Part shown: piece by piece, positions 10,224 to 19,838 of the stretch
Layout: the number at the start of each line of letters is the position of its first letter
Position numbering within the stretch: the stretch's first letter is position 1
Assembly (NCBI GenBank): GCA_942491535.1
Contig: CALOBV010000012.1
Span: forward strand, 137,774-201,773
Reading direction: 5' to 3'
DNA: 64,000 bases
Origin: an uncultured Marinilabiliaceae bacterium
Lineage (GTDB): Bacteria > Bacteroidota > Bacteroidia > Bacteroidales > VadinHA17
Made by a program: the position numbers and the translations under genes
The notes under the pieces: model-generated
Told to the model about the DNA's origin: nothing
Seen by the model: only the letters and a program-made list of their open reading frames with translations
Database searches by the model: none

Positions 10224-11018
10224 ATGAAACCTTATAATGTCATATCATTACTTCTATTTGGCTTATCAATCGGGATCAGTGCACAGGACGTTGAAGGCAG
10301 CAAAGATCCACCACTTTTTGAGAGGTTACCTGGTTTCGTGATTTACGATTTCAGTGTTAATAACTTCGCAGGTTACCAGTTTTGCAATGAGAAAGGTGAA
10401 AATATTGTTATTGATGGCATGGTGACATATTATTACTACGAGACGGATGGTGAGGTTGATCCACAAAAGATTATAGATAAGTTCTCAAGGGCAGTAATTG
10501 AAAGAGGCGGTAAGGTATATGGCGACAACCCTAATCAGAAGTATATGTTCTATCGTGACACAAACAAACTGGTATGGGTCGACCTTTTTGCTGAAGACTT
10601 TTATTATACTCTAAACATTATCGAGAAGGGGGAGATGATAAGTGATATCAGTGCCGGTGATCTTCTAAAAAGTCTTGACCAGACAGGCACAGCTGTATTA
10701 TACTTTAACTTCGACAGCGGCAAATGTGAAATAAAGGAGGAGTGTATGCTTGTGATTGAGATGCTGGCAGGTGTGTTTTTATCAGACCCGGAACTGAAGA
10801 TTAATATTACAGCCTATACCGATAATATAGGCAATAGCGATAATAATCTTAAGCTGTCTGAGAATCGAGCCAGGACTCTTGTAGAGAAATTGATAGAGAT
10901 GGGGGTACCCGAAAACCGGCTAAGCTGGGAAGGATTCGGAGAGAATGATCCCATTGCGGATAATTCAAGCCTTGAAGGAAGAACTCTTAATAACAGGATT
11001 GTCCTGACAAAGAAATAA
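10224..11018 (+). CDS. OmpA family protein (signal peptide plus C-terminal OmpA-like peptidoglycan-binding domain)
   Basis: YFNFDSG...AYTDNIG...NLKLSENRA...GFGENDPIADNSSLEGRTLNNRI. Confidence 0.85.
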   Translation: MKPYNVISLLLFGLSIGISAQDVEGSKDPPLFERLPGFVIYDFSVNNFAGYQFCNEKGENIVIDGMVTYYYYETDGEVDPQKIIDKFSRAVIERGGKVYGDNPNQKYMFYRDTNKLVWVDLFAEDFYYTLNIIEKGEMISDISAGDLLKSLDQTGTAVLYFNFDSGKCEIKEECMLVIEMLAGVFLSDPELKINITAYTDNIGNSDNNLKLSENRARTLVEKLIEMGVPENRLSWEGFGENDPIADNSSLEGRTLNNRIVLTKK

Positions 11019-11115
11019 TAAGACCTCATACATTCCCTTTATATAACTTTCGATTCTTTCCCAACAATCTTTTGAAGAGATTTGTTAATAGTTAATACAC
11101 ATAGATAATTCTATT

Positions 11116-11766
11116 ATGGGTCAGGGTCACTATCATGAAAACGAAAAGAAGACCCTATGGGTAGTTTTGCTTACAGCCGTGACAATGGTTGTGGAGATTA
11201 TCTTCGGCCTTTTATCGGGATCGATGGCCCTTCTTGCCGACGGTATACATATGGGATCCCATGTGCTGGCAATAGGCCTTAGCTGGGTAGCATATATTAT
11301 TGTCAGGAAGTTATCCAGGAACAAGTCATTTACAGGTAACTCCGACAAGATACTGTCGCTTTCTGGCTACAGCAGTGGATTAATCCTGTTAATTTTTGCT
11401 TTTGTGATTATAAGCGAGGCCATACACCGTCTTTCAAACCCTATTGATATAAATTATAAAGATGCTATAATAGTTGCTTTGATTGGACTGATCGTAAATA
11501 TTATTAGTGCCTTCCTTCTTCATACCGATAAGAAGCAATCAGATATTAATATCAGGGCTGCCTATCTCCATGTTATTGCAGATGCCCTTACCAGTTTCAC
11601 TGCAATTATAGGTCTTGTGATTGCCATGATATGGGATATTGTATATATCGATGCAATTGCAGCTCTCTTGAGTTCACTAATAATAATCAGGTGGTCGATA
11701 GGTTTGCTGAGGGACTCGGGTAGAGGTCTTCTGGATATGGAAAGCAGTACAGAGCATAAACATTAG
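11116..11766 (+). CDS. cation diffusion facilitator (CDF) transporter lacking the cytoplasmic C-terminal domain
   Basis: SMALLADGIHMGSH and NIRAAYLHVIADALTS motifs; ends just after TM6. Confidence 0.85.
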   Translation: MGQGHYHENEKKTLWVVLLTAVTMVVEIIFGLLSGSMALLADGIHMGSHVLAIGLSWVAYIIVRKLSRNKSFTGNSDKILSLSGYSSGLILLIFAFVIISEAIHRLSNPIDINYKDAIIVALIGLIVNIISAFLLHTDKKQSDINIRAAYLHVIADALTSFTAIIGLVIAMIWDIVYIDAIAALLSSLIIIRWSIGLLRDSGRGLLDMESSTEHKH

Positions 11767-11809
11767 AATATCTGACCCGGGATAGTCTTTTTCAGTCCTT
11801 AAAAATTAT

Positions 11810-11817
11810 TATATTTG
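11810..11817 (+). promoter_or_regulatory. -7 promoter element (TATATTTG) for tRNA-Cys
   Basis: TAnnTTTG consensus 22 nt upstream of the tRNA. Confidence 0.65.
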
Positions 11818-11838
11818 CAATCCGAACAGTAAGATGAT

Positions 11839-11909
11839 GGTCGGTTGGCCGAGTGGCTAGGCACCGGTCTGCAAAACCGGCTACAGCGGTTCGACTCCGC
11901 TACCGACCT
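11839..11909 (+). tRNA. tRNA-Cys(GCA)
   Basis: Acceptor stem GGTCGGT/ACCGACC, anticodon stem CCGGT/ACCGG with loop CTGCAAA, T-loop GGTTCGACTCC, U discriminator. Confidence 0.95.
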
Positions 11910-12052
11910 CAACTACAAAGCACCGCCACAGTTGCTGCCGGGGCTTATTTATGTGGAGGATTTTCCCTGAATGATATCTGCAAAAAATCTACAAGCTTGC
12001 TTGTAAAGATATTGTTTAAGCAATCCGGATCACGAAATACCGGGTGTAATAC

Positions 12053-12907
12053 AGAAAAGTTAAAGAGGTGAGTGCCAGCATGCTGAAGGTTTATGTTGAA
12101 AGCCACCCCCTCACCGGACGGTGACCCCGAGAACTCGGGGGAACACCCCGCTCAAAAAGTGTTTGTCGGGCTTCGCCCTGTTTTCGGTCTTCGCAGACTT
12201 GTGCGGCCTATTTATAAATTAGCTGTTGAAAAGCTTAAAGATTTTGATGAGTGAGTTTTTCAGCATGCTGTATAAGGTTGTATGTTGAAAGTCTCACCCC
12301 TCACCGGACGGTGATTCCCCGAGAACTCGGGAGAACCCCTATCTGTTTATAAAGTTGTTTGTCGAATTCTCCCTTTTATAGTGTAGAAGGAGGAAAAAAA
12401 TTCTATCCGACAGATTTTTCACTTGTTTTCACCGTTTAACCTTGCTTCCGATATTTCACTGGCTGAAGGTTATGTTGAAAGGCTCCCCTCACCGGACGGA
12501 GACGACCTGGATACATCGCCGGGGAACACCCCGCTGCAAAAATGTTTGTCGGGCTTCGCCCTGTTCTCCGTCAGGCTTACAAGTCCTCCTACTGTCTGTA
12601 AGGTCGTGGCCCTCGATCAGAAGGGAGGATCATCCGAGAGCCAGACGTGGAGTTTTTCCACTCTAAATAATGCTCCAAGGCCATTTAGTCTCATTAATCC
12701 ATACAATGGTGCTACAGGTGTTTCAATTGTTGAGAATTTATCATGGGAAGCCTCTCATGATCCTGATGGTGATCTTGTTAATACGATATTTACTTTCACG
12801 ATACTGAATGTTTAAAAAGTGGACACATATATACCTCACACCAGTAGTTGAAAAAGTCACCCTCACTAGAAGAGGGTGACCCCGAGAACTCGAAAGGGAA
12901 CACCCCG
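12053..12907 (+). repeat. array of four degenerate structured elements (candidate ncRNA or REP/MITE-like)
   Basis: Cores at 12082-12189, 12267-12364, 12462-12572 and 12847-12907 share GTTGAAA, C(A/T)CC..CTCAC..GG(T/A)GA, a hairpin and GAAC(A)CCCC. Copies 1-3 also share TGTTTGTCG. Confidence 0.8.
12590..12800 (+). pseudogene. internal fragment of a tandem Fn3/Ig-like repeat surface-protein gene
   Basis: KVVALDQKGGSSESQTWSFSTLNNAPRPFSLINPYNGATGVSIVENLSWEASHDPDGDLV, then YDIYF after a frameshift. No start codon or signal peptide. Confidence 0.65.
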
Positions 12908-12987
12908 TTCTTCTACCGAAAATGGTTTTGGAATTTTCGATAAAAAATATTTTCGTAATATTGAGATATAAAAGCTAGTTAATTATA

Positions 12988-14085
12988 TTGAACCTGGTTA
13001 TGATAAACTATTGCATCAGAAGATTTATTATTCTTACATCTCTTATACTGATATTTTCTTCATTCCTTGATCTTTATGGACAGCTTACACCTGACTCTTA
13101 TTCGATAGAGGATACCATATCGGTTGATGTAGATATATTTTCTGAGGAAGAGCCTGCTATTATTACCCTGGCATTTAATATTAAAGAATTTATAAAGAAA
13201 AAGAACAGCGATAATTATATTGATGCCAGGCTTTCCTATAAAATTAATGACACTTTAGATATTGAAAAGAATATTAGGATTAAGGCTCGTGGTAACAACA
13301 GGAGAAAGGTATGTTATTTCCCACCTATCTGGATAAATATTAAAAACGCAAATACTAATAATCTCTACCTGCAGGATATAAACAAGATTAAACTTGTAAC
13401 CCATTGTGGCAATAGCTTTAGTAATCAAAATTATGTAATTCTGGAGTACCTGATTTATAAGATGTATAATATTATTAGTCCCTACAGCTTCAGGGTACGC
13501 CTGGCACGGATCAAATACATTGATACAGCAAGGAAAAACAGAGAATTGGAGAAATGGGGCTTCTTGATTGAACCCGAAGAAGTAATGGCAGAAAGACTGG
13601 ATGCCTACCCCTTGAAAGAGAATAAAATAAGCTATAAATCTACTGATCGCATGCAAACAGATATCATGTGTCTATTTCAGTATCTTATTGGAAATGCTGA
13701 TTATTCAATACAATCAAGGCAAAATGTAAAGTTGCTAAATATGAAGGACCCTGATAAGCAAAGACCTATACCTGTTCCATATGATTTTGATTATTCCGGC
13801 TTTGTAAATGCAGAATATGCAATTCCCGGGGATAATCTGGGAATTGAAAAAGTGACTGATAGATATTTCCTTGGCCCATGCAGGAGTAATGAACGTTATT
13901 CTCAGATATTAGATATTTTTTATGATAAAAAGAATGAGATATATAGTCTTGTAAATTCATCTGAGCACCTGCGTGAAAGTTCAAAGAGAACAGCTATCAA
14001 ATACCTTGATGAGTTCTTTCTGCAGGCAAAGAACAAGAATTTTATCAGGAACAATATTCTTATAACCTGCAGGGATACATTGTAG
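12988..14085 (+). CDS. secreted conserved hypothetical protein, possibly CotH/atypical-kinase-like fold
   Basis: Signal peptide and motifs IKARGNNRR, KIKLVTHC, LEYLIYKMYN, GNADY, NVKL, PYDFDYSG. The fold call is inferred from motif order. Confidence 0.5.
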   Translation: MNLVMINYCIRRFIILTSLILIFSSFLDLYGQLTPDSYSIEDTISVDVDIFSEEEPAIITLAFNIKEFIKKKNSDNYIDARLSYKINDTLDIEKNIRIKARGNNRRKVCYFPPIWINIKNANTNNLYLQDINKIKLVTHCGNSFSNQNYVILEYLIYKMYNIISPYSFRVRLARIKYIDTARKNRELEKWGFLIEPEEVMAERLDAYPLKENKISYKSTDRMQTDIMCLFQYLIGNADYSIQSRQNVKLLNMKDPDKQRPIPVPYDFDYSGFVNAEYAIPGDNLGIEKVTDRYFLGPCRSNERYSQILDIFYDKKNEIYSLVNSSEHLRESSKRTAIKYLDEFFLQAKNKNFIRNNILITCRDTL

Positions 14086-14141
14086 ACACTTCAGTCTGAA
14101 GTATTACCAATATGGATCAAATGCTACTACTGGACCCTGTT

Positions 14142-15176
14142 CTAATAGCTGTGTTCATCCAGCTTTACCTTGCCCCAGAAAGTCCGGTATACAATTACAG
14201 TATATGTTACTACCAGAGGAAATCCTATTGCGGCAATAGTTAGCATTATTCCAAGCGATTTTTCAGATGAAGCTGCATTATAAATAGTAAGGCTGTTTAT
14301 TAAGCTTCCCTTATCGATAATAATAACGGGATATAGCTCAATAGCCACAATTATTAGCAGGAAGCTTATAGCAAGGGCAGAAAAGATAAAAGACCGTAGG
14401 TATTTACCTTTGGAGGCCAGTCTTGGAACATTTGCTATGCTCAGGAATGCAAGCAATGGTACAATAAGTAATACCGGCCTGGAAAGGAATTTATCTGTAA
14501 GATGTGGATAGGCTAAAAGAGATATAATTGTTACCAATAAAAACAAAGTAGTAAACACCAGAATAGATCTCCTCAGCAACCTGGAAATCTGCTCAAAGAG
14601 TGCACCTTCAGTCTTCATAGTAAGGTATATGGCTCCGTGAACCATAAAAAGCGACAGAGATGTTAGTCCGACCAGCAATGCGTAGGGATTCAGGAACTGA
14701 ATCCATTTTCCTGTATATACAAACTGTTCATCCATGCTCATACCAATAAGTACATTCCCAAGCACAACACCAAGAAGAAGTGCCAGCATTGCACTTGAGA
14801 CGCTATAGCTGATATCCCATACCTGCCTCCACCACTTCATTGTTTCCTTACTCCTGAATTCAATGCTTACTGCCCTGAATATCAGGAAGCCAAGGAAGAG
14901 AATAAATGGAATATACATAGCCGAAAATAGCGTTGCATACGCCTCCGGAAACCCTGCAAACAATGCTCCGCCACCAATTACAAGCCATACTTCATTACCA
15001 TCCCAGACTGGTCCGATGGCGTTAAGAGCTATTCGTCTGCTTTTATCGTCACGGAAGAATAAATGCCATGCTCCTGCGCCCAGGTCAAATCCATCGAGTA
15101 TGGCATAGCCTGAAAACAGTGCACCTACAACAAGAAACCAGAGAGTGGGGTAATCTATTCCTAATAATGTTTGCAT
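14142..15176 (-). CDS. cydB: cytochrome bd ubiquinol oxidase subunit II
   Basis: LDGFDLGAG...IGPVWDGNEVWLV motif. Confidence 0.95.
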   Translation of the reverse strand: MQTLLGIDYPTLWFLVVGALFSGYAILDGFDLGAGAWHLFFRDDKSRRIALNAIGPVWDGNEVWLVIGGGALFAGFPEAYATLFSAMYIPFILFLGFLIFRAVSIEFRSKETMKWWRQVWDISYSVSSAMLALLLGVVLGNVLIGMSMDEQFVYTGKWIQFLNPYALLVGLTSLSLFMVHGAIYLTMKTEGALFEQISRLLRRSILVFTTLFLLVTIISLLAYPHLTDKFLSRPVLLIVPLLAFLSIANVPRLASKGKYLRSFIFSALAISFLLIIVAIELYPVIIIDKGSLINSLTIYNAASSEKSLGIMLTIAAIGFPLVVTYTVIVYRTFWGKVKLDEHSY

Positions 15177-15181
15177 AGCTC

Positions 15182-16567
15182 TTATATATTTCTTTTTTCA
15201 AATTGATCTGCAATATCTTTTAACCTGAGTCTGTTATCTGATTCGTCTTCTTCGAATGGGCCATTCTGAATCTTTTTATTTGCCAGGTAGAAGAACAGTA
15301 AGAGAAGCAGGAGATATATCAGTGTAAAGAATATCAGTGAAAAGATGATATGACCCGCATTCACAGACTCTGACAGAGCATCTGCTGTTCTGAGATGGCC
15401 ATATACAACCCATGGCTGGCGACCCATCTCGGCAGCAAACCAACCCAGCTGATTTGATAGCTGTGGCAGGATAACAGAGAAAGCCAGTATCCACAATAAC
15501 CATCTTTGCTTGAATATTTTCCCTCTCCACCATTGTATTGTGGCAAACACGCTAATAAGGATAAGCAGTATGCCAATGGCTACCATAAGATGGTAAAACT
15601 GGAATACGTAATTCACCTTACCCGGTCTTTCGTCTTCAGGGAATGATCTTAATCCGACTACAGGTTCTTTGGCATCAAAATGAATAAGCATGCTCAGCCC
15701 ACCGGGGATCTTCAGACCCTTAACCTCCTGCTTATTCTCGTTAACCCAGCCAAAAAGATACATATCGGCTGGCTCGTTTTCAGCATAGTGTCCTTCAAAA
15801 GCGGCAAGCTTTGCAGGTTGATTCACTGCAACGCCATCGGCCGAACTGTGGCCTGTGTATAGTTGTGCGAGGGAGGCGAGAGTTGCAACAACAAGGGCTG
15901 TTTTAAGAGCTTTCTGTGAAAGATCGACATAGCGGTCCTTAAGCAGGTAGTAGGCATGTACACTTATAACCAGGAATGATCCTGCAAGAAAGGCTCCAAG
16001 CCATACGTGGGTAAGACGGTCTATTGAAGATGGATTAAAAATCATTGCCCAGAAATCTGTTATCTCTGCCCGCGCATTAAGTCCTTCGCCAACAATATGA
16101 TAGCCGGCAGGTGTTTGTTGCCAGCTATTGGCTATAACTATCCAAACTGCCGAAAACATTGAGCCGAAAAATACTCCAATTGTTGAAATAAAATGAACAC
16201 GTGAGCTAACCCGGTTCCAACCGAACAGAAGCACTCCAAGGAAAACGCTTTCGAGAGCAAAGGCAAAGATCCCCTCAGCGGCAAGAGCACTTCCGAATAC
16301 ATCGCCAACATAGCGAGAGTATTTTGCCCAGTTTGTGCCAAATTCAAATTCCATTACTATGCCGGTTGCGACACCAATACCAAAAATAAGTGCAAAGATC
16401 CTTGTCCAGAACCTGGTCATGGTTTCATAAACCTTATTGCCTGTTCTTAGATATTTCCACTCCATTGTTACCATTATTAATCCCAATCCGATAGAAAGAG
16501 GTGGGTATATGTAATGGAAGGCTATTGTAAACGCAAATTGTAATCGGGCAAGAATTTCAACATCCAT
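15182..16567 (-). CDS. cydA: cytochrome bd ubiquinol oxidase subunit I
   Basis: [33 protein letters not shown] and [10 protein letters not shown] motifs. Confidence 0.96.
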   Translation of the reverse strand: MDVEILARLQFAFTIAFHYIYPPLSIGLGLIMVTMEWKYLRTGNKVYETMTRFWTRIFALIFGIGVATGIVMEFEFGTNWAKYSRYVGDVFGSALAAEGIFAFALESVFLGVLLFGWNRVSSRVHFISTIGVFFGSMFSAVWIVIANSWQQTPAGYHIVGEGLNARAEITDFWAMIFNPSSIDRLTHVWLGAFLAGSFLVISVHAYYLLKDRYVDLSQKALKTALVVATLASLAQLYTGHSSADGVAVNQPAKLAAFEGHYAENEPADMYLFGWVNENKQEVKGLKIPGGLSMLIHFDAKEPVVGLRSFPEDERPGKVNYVFQFYHLMVAIGILLILISVFATIQWWRGKIFKQRWLLWILAFSVILPQLSNQLGWFAAEMGRQPWVVYGHLRTADALSESVNAGHIIFSLIFFTLIYLLLLLLFFYLANKKIQNGPFEEDESDNRLRLKDIADQFEKRNI

Positions 16568-16817
16568 AATCTAAGTTTTGTTGATTTGAAAGTAATTGTA
16601 AAAATATGATCCTTTATCAATAATATAAAACAAATCATAAATAATTTAGCATGCCTTATATCATTCATCAGAATCGCAGGGATATACTGGCAAGGTTTTT
16701 ACAATCTTCCATACGTCAGGGAGGAAATTATTCGTTTCTTAACATCATCATGCGGTAGTTTCTACGAAAATTATTACTTTTAGTAGATTCATATCTGCTG
16801 TCTAATGGAGTTGTGAA

Positions 16818-18965
16818 ATGAAAGCCCTATCATTCTTTGCGTCTTTAATTTTTGTATTCTGCAGTTTGCCTGCAAATGCAGAAACGCAGGGATATATTGA
16901 TGATACCGCTTCTATAAACAGTATCACACGTGAGGCCTATATAGATGCCAGAAGAAACCCTGATCTTTCTATCCTTAAAAGCTATCAGGCTCTTTCCCAA
17001 TCAGTACAAATTGATTACGACAGGGGGAGAGCTGATGCCAGCCTGGCCCTGGGAATGGCTTTTCTTGCAAAATATAACCCGGGGGATAGTGCCACTTTTT
17101 TCAATATGCAGGCCTTAAATATATACCGGCAAACAGGAGATTATACGGGCCAGGCAAGAGCATGTTATGGTTTATCTTACGCTTATAGCTTTAAAGGTAA
17201 TTTACCTGAATCGGAGAAATATGGTGAATTAAGTCTTAGTTATTTTGAACAGGCTGAAGACAGGCTGGGGATGATAAATGCTCTCAGCGTATTAATCTAT
17301 CTGGCAAGGCAATCTGGCAATAACGATAAGGCGCTTGATTATTCAGACAGGGCAATTGAAACTTCAAGGACAGTAACAGATATAAACCTTGTAGCTGATG
17401 CAATCAATACCCGTGGTAATATTTTTAAGGATATGCTCCTTTACAATGAGGCTATCGATTCATATTTTGAGGCGCTTGACCTGTGGGAACTTAAGAGCGA
17501 TTCGGCAGGACTGGCAATTGCATATGGTTCGATTGGATTAATGTATTATTACCAGGAGGAATATTCTAAGGCGCTTGAATTTAATTTTATGAAACTTCCC
17601 CTGTCCCTGAAGAGTGGAAATATATGGGAAGTAAGTAAGACAATGAATAATATTTCTCAGATATATGGCGCAAAAAGTATGCACGATAGCTCTCTCTTTT
17701 ACCTCAGGGAAAGTCTTAAGCTAAACGAAGAGATGAACCTGCCGCAGGGAATAGCCAGTGTTTGCTCTAAAATCGCAGCTACTTTTATCAATTTACAAAT
17801 GATTGACTCTGCATCCTTATATATTAACAGGGCAATTTCCATTGCACAGGAAATTGATGATCCGGAACTGGCTGATTACCTGGTTATAAAAGGTCAGGTA
17901 CTGAAACGTGAAAGAAGATACGGAGAAGCCTTAGAAATAGCTTTGCGCGCCTATAAACTGGTTAGTACAATTAGTAATCCTGAGATACTGGCAGAAACTT
18001 ATGCCCTGATGAGTGATATGTATTACAGAACCGGTGAAGGCAAGATGGCTTATGAATACCTGGTAAGCTATCATATTCTTAAAGACAGTATTACAAATAA
18101 TGAAAATCTTAAAAAGATAACCCGACTGGAAATACAGAATGAATACGATCGTAAGTTAAAGGAAAAGGAATATGAGCAGGAGCAGGCATTACTCGTTCAT
18201 AAGAATAGGATAGAGCAGCAAAAGCTGTTTGTAAGGGGCCTGGCTATTCTGATCCTTCTGATAACGGTAATTCTGGTATTGTATATCAGGCAGAGCAGGT
18301 TAAAATCAAAATTTATAAATATAGATCTTGAGCAAAGGCTTATGAGAGCCCAGATGAATCCACATTTTATATTTAACTCTCTCTGTGCCGTACAGGATTT
18401 TATCCTGGCCTCTAAGCTGAAAAAGGCTAATGCCTTTCTTGTAAAGATTGCCAGCCTGATGCGCAATATACTCGAGAATTCAGGAGAGGAATATATTTCC
18501 CTGGATAAAGAAATTGAAACACTCAAGCTCTACCTTGATGTACAGCAGCTAAGATTTGATGAAGAGTTCGATTATAAATTTAATATTGACAGCTCAATTG
18601 ATACTGAGAATGTTGCGGTGCCTCCGATGCTTGCACAGCCATGTCTTGAAAACTCTATTGAACATGGATTACTCCGTCAAAAAAGAAAGGGATATCTGGA
18701 GGTAAGCTACACCTTGAAAAATGATCTTCTGATGCTCGAAGTTACCGACAATGGTGTTGGAAGAGAAATGGCTGCAGAGAATGAAAATACCGGGATAAAA
18801 AAGAACTCCATTTCAACAAAATTAACCCAGAGGAGACTTGATTATTTCAGGAAAACATTGAAGAAAAAGGAAATTTCTTACGAAATTATCGATCTCTATA
18901 ATATGCAGGAAGCCACCGGCACCAGGGTGGTAATGATTGTGCCCTGCAAGAAGATATTCGCTTGA
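16818..18965 (+). CDS. TPR-repeat periplasmic sensor, LytS-type histidine kinase
   Basis: Signal peptide, TPR repeats, a TM helix, RAQMNPHFIFNSL, ENSIEHG and DNGVGR. Confidence 0.9.
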   Translation: MKALSFFASLIFVFCSLPANAETQGYIDDTASINSITREAYIDARRNPDLSILKSYQALSQSVQIDYDRGRADASLALGMAFLAKYNPGDSATFFNMQALNIYRQTGDYTGQARACYGLSYAYSFKGNLPESEKYGELSLSYFEQAEDRLGMINALSVLIYLARQSGNNDKALDYSDRAIETSRTVTDINLVADAINTRGNIFKDMLLYNEAIDSYFEALDLWELKSDSAGLAIAYGSIGLMYYYQEEYSKALEFNFMKLPLSLKSGNIWEVSKTMNNISQIYGAKSMHDSSLFYLRESLKLNEEMNLPQGIASVCSKIAATFINLQMIDSASLYINRAISIAQEIDDPELADYLVIKGQVLKRERRYGEALEIALRAYKLVSTISNPEILAETYALMSDMYYRTGEGKMAYEYLVSYHILKDSITNNENLKKITRLEIQNEYDRKLKEKEYEQEQALLVHKNRIEQQKLFVRGLAILILLITVILVLYIRQSRLKSKFINIDLEQRLMRAQMNPHFIFNSLCAVQDFILASKLKKANAFLVKIASLMRNILENSGEEYISLDKEIETLKLYLDVQQLRFDEEFDYKFNIDSSIDTENVAVPPMLAQPCLENSIEHGLLRQKRKGYLEVSYTLKNDLLMLEVTDNGVGREMAAENENTGIKKNSISTKLTQRRLDYFRKTLKKKEISYEIIDLYNMQEATGTRVVMIVPCKKIFA

Positions 18966-18978
18966 AAAACAATATGAT

Positions 18979-19728
18979 ATGAAAGTGATTATTGTTGATG
19001 ATGAGGCCTCGGTCAGGAACTCCATAAGCAGGGTTCTCAGAGAGCTCTACCCGGGAATAGAGATTGTGGCAGAGGGCTCGAATGTTGAAGAAGGTTTTAA
19101 TGCAGTTATTAGTAATAAGCCCGATCTTCTGTTTCTGGATGTTGAAATGCCTGATGGCAGCGGCTTTGATCTTATAAACAGGCTTATACCTGTCGATTTC
19201 AAGGTAGTCTTTATAACCGGCCACCAGGAATATGCACTGAAGGCAATAAAGATGAGCGCTCTTGACTTTATTTTGAAACCCTTTGGTGAAGAAGATATCA
19301 GCAATGCTGTACGAAAGGCCATGGAAGCTATAAACAGGGACCAGGAGCATGCAAAATTCCAGGTACTAAAGGAAAATATCGAGGGCAGGAGAATTCTTAA
19401 AAGAATAGTACTGCCTACGGCAGATAATATTCACCTGGTATCTATTTCTGATATTATCAGGGCCGAGGCAGATAGTAATTATACAAGTTTTTTTATCGCT
19501 GATGGTCAGAAGATTATGGTATCACGTACAATAAAAGAGTTCGATACACTTCTGTCCGGTTCGGGAATGATCAGGGTACATCAGTCACACCTGGTTAATA
19601 TTACTTATATCGATAAGTTTGTTAAAAGGGACGGGGGCTACCTGGTACTTAAGGATGGAACAAAGATCCCGGTCTCACAAAATCTCAGGAAACAGGTCAT
19701 CAGTGCCATAAGTAACTCTGTCTATTAG
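18979..19728 (+). CDS. LytTR family response regulator
   Basis: IIVDDE...LFLDVEMPDGSGF receiver domain; EADSNYT...RVHQSHLVN LytTR domain. Start ATG 18979. Confidence 0.93.
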   Translation: MKVIIVDDEASVRNSISRVLRELYPGIEIVAEGSNVEEGFNAVISNKPDLLFLDVEMPDGSGFDLINRLIPVDFKVVFITGHQEYALKAIKMSALDFILKPFGEEDISNAVRKAMEAINRDQEHAKFQVLKENIEGRRILKRIVLPTADNIHLVSISDIIRAEADSNYTSFFIADGQKIMVSRTIKEFDTLLSGSGMIRVHQSHLVNITYIDKFVKRDGGYLVLKDGTKIPVSQNLRKQVISAISNSVY

Positions 19729-19838
19729 CAGATTCTTCCTGATATTACCCATATACTAATCCATTTTACCCCGATTCTAATTCTGGCTGGACTTCGAATC
19801 TATTCCTGCGTAACTTTAGTAAAATAAAATCCGGAATT

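Noticed and set aside
12100-12150. HDV-like/theta ribozyme (tRNA-adjacent, CCUCAC loop resembles L3)
   Set aside because: By eye there is no upstream P1 partner, no GG for P1.1 before the next hairpin, and no catalytic C directly after it. A descriptor search would be needed to exclude it fully.
12082-12165. c-di-AMP or other known riboswitch (GCUGAA...GGGGGAAC)
   Set aside because: Only two short words match, the remaining conserved segments are absent, and three copies have no downstream gene.
12423-12666. ORFs 12423-12815 and 12442-12666 as genes
   Set aside because: They run through repeat copy 3 and start at TTG without coding character. Only the 12590-12800 part looks coding.
12053-12907. 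CRISPR array interpretation (units contain ATGTTGAAAG, resembling some repeat ends)
   Set aside because: The period is ~190 nt, conserved blocks are 60-100 nt and degenerate, and there are no cas genes in the window.
16606-16620. FNR-like box upstream of cydA (ATGAT-CCTTT-ATCAA)
   Set aside because: The spacer is 5 nt rather than 4, one half-site mismatches, and the context is AT-rich.
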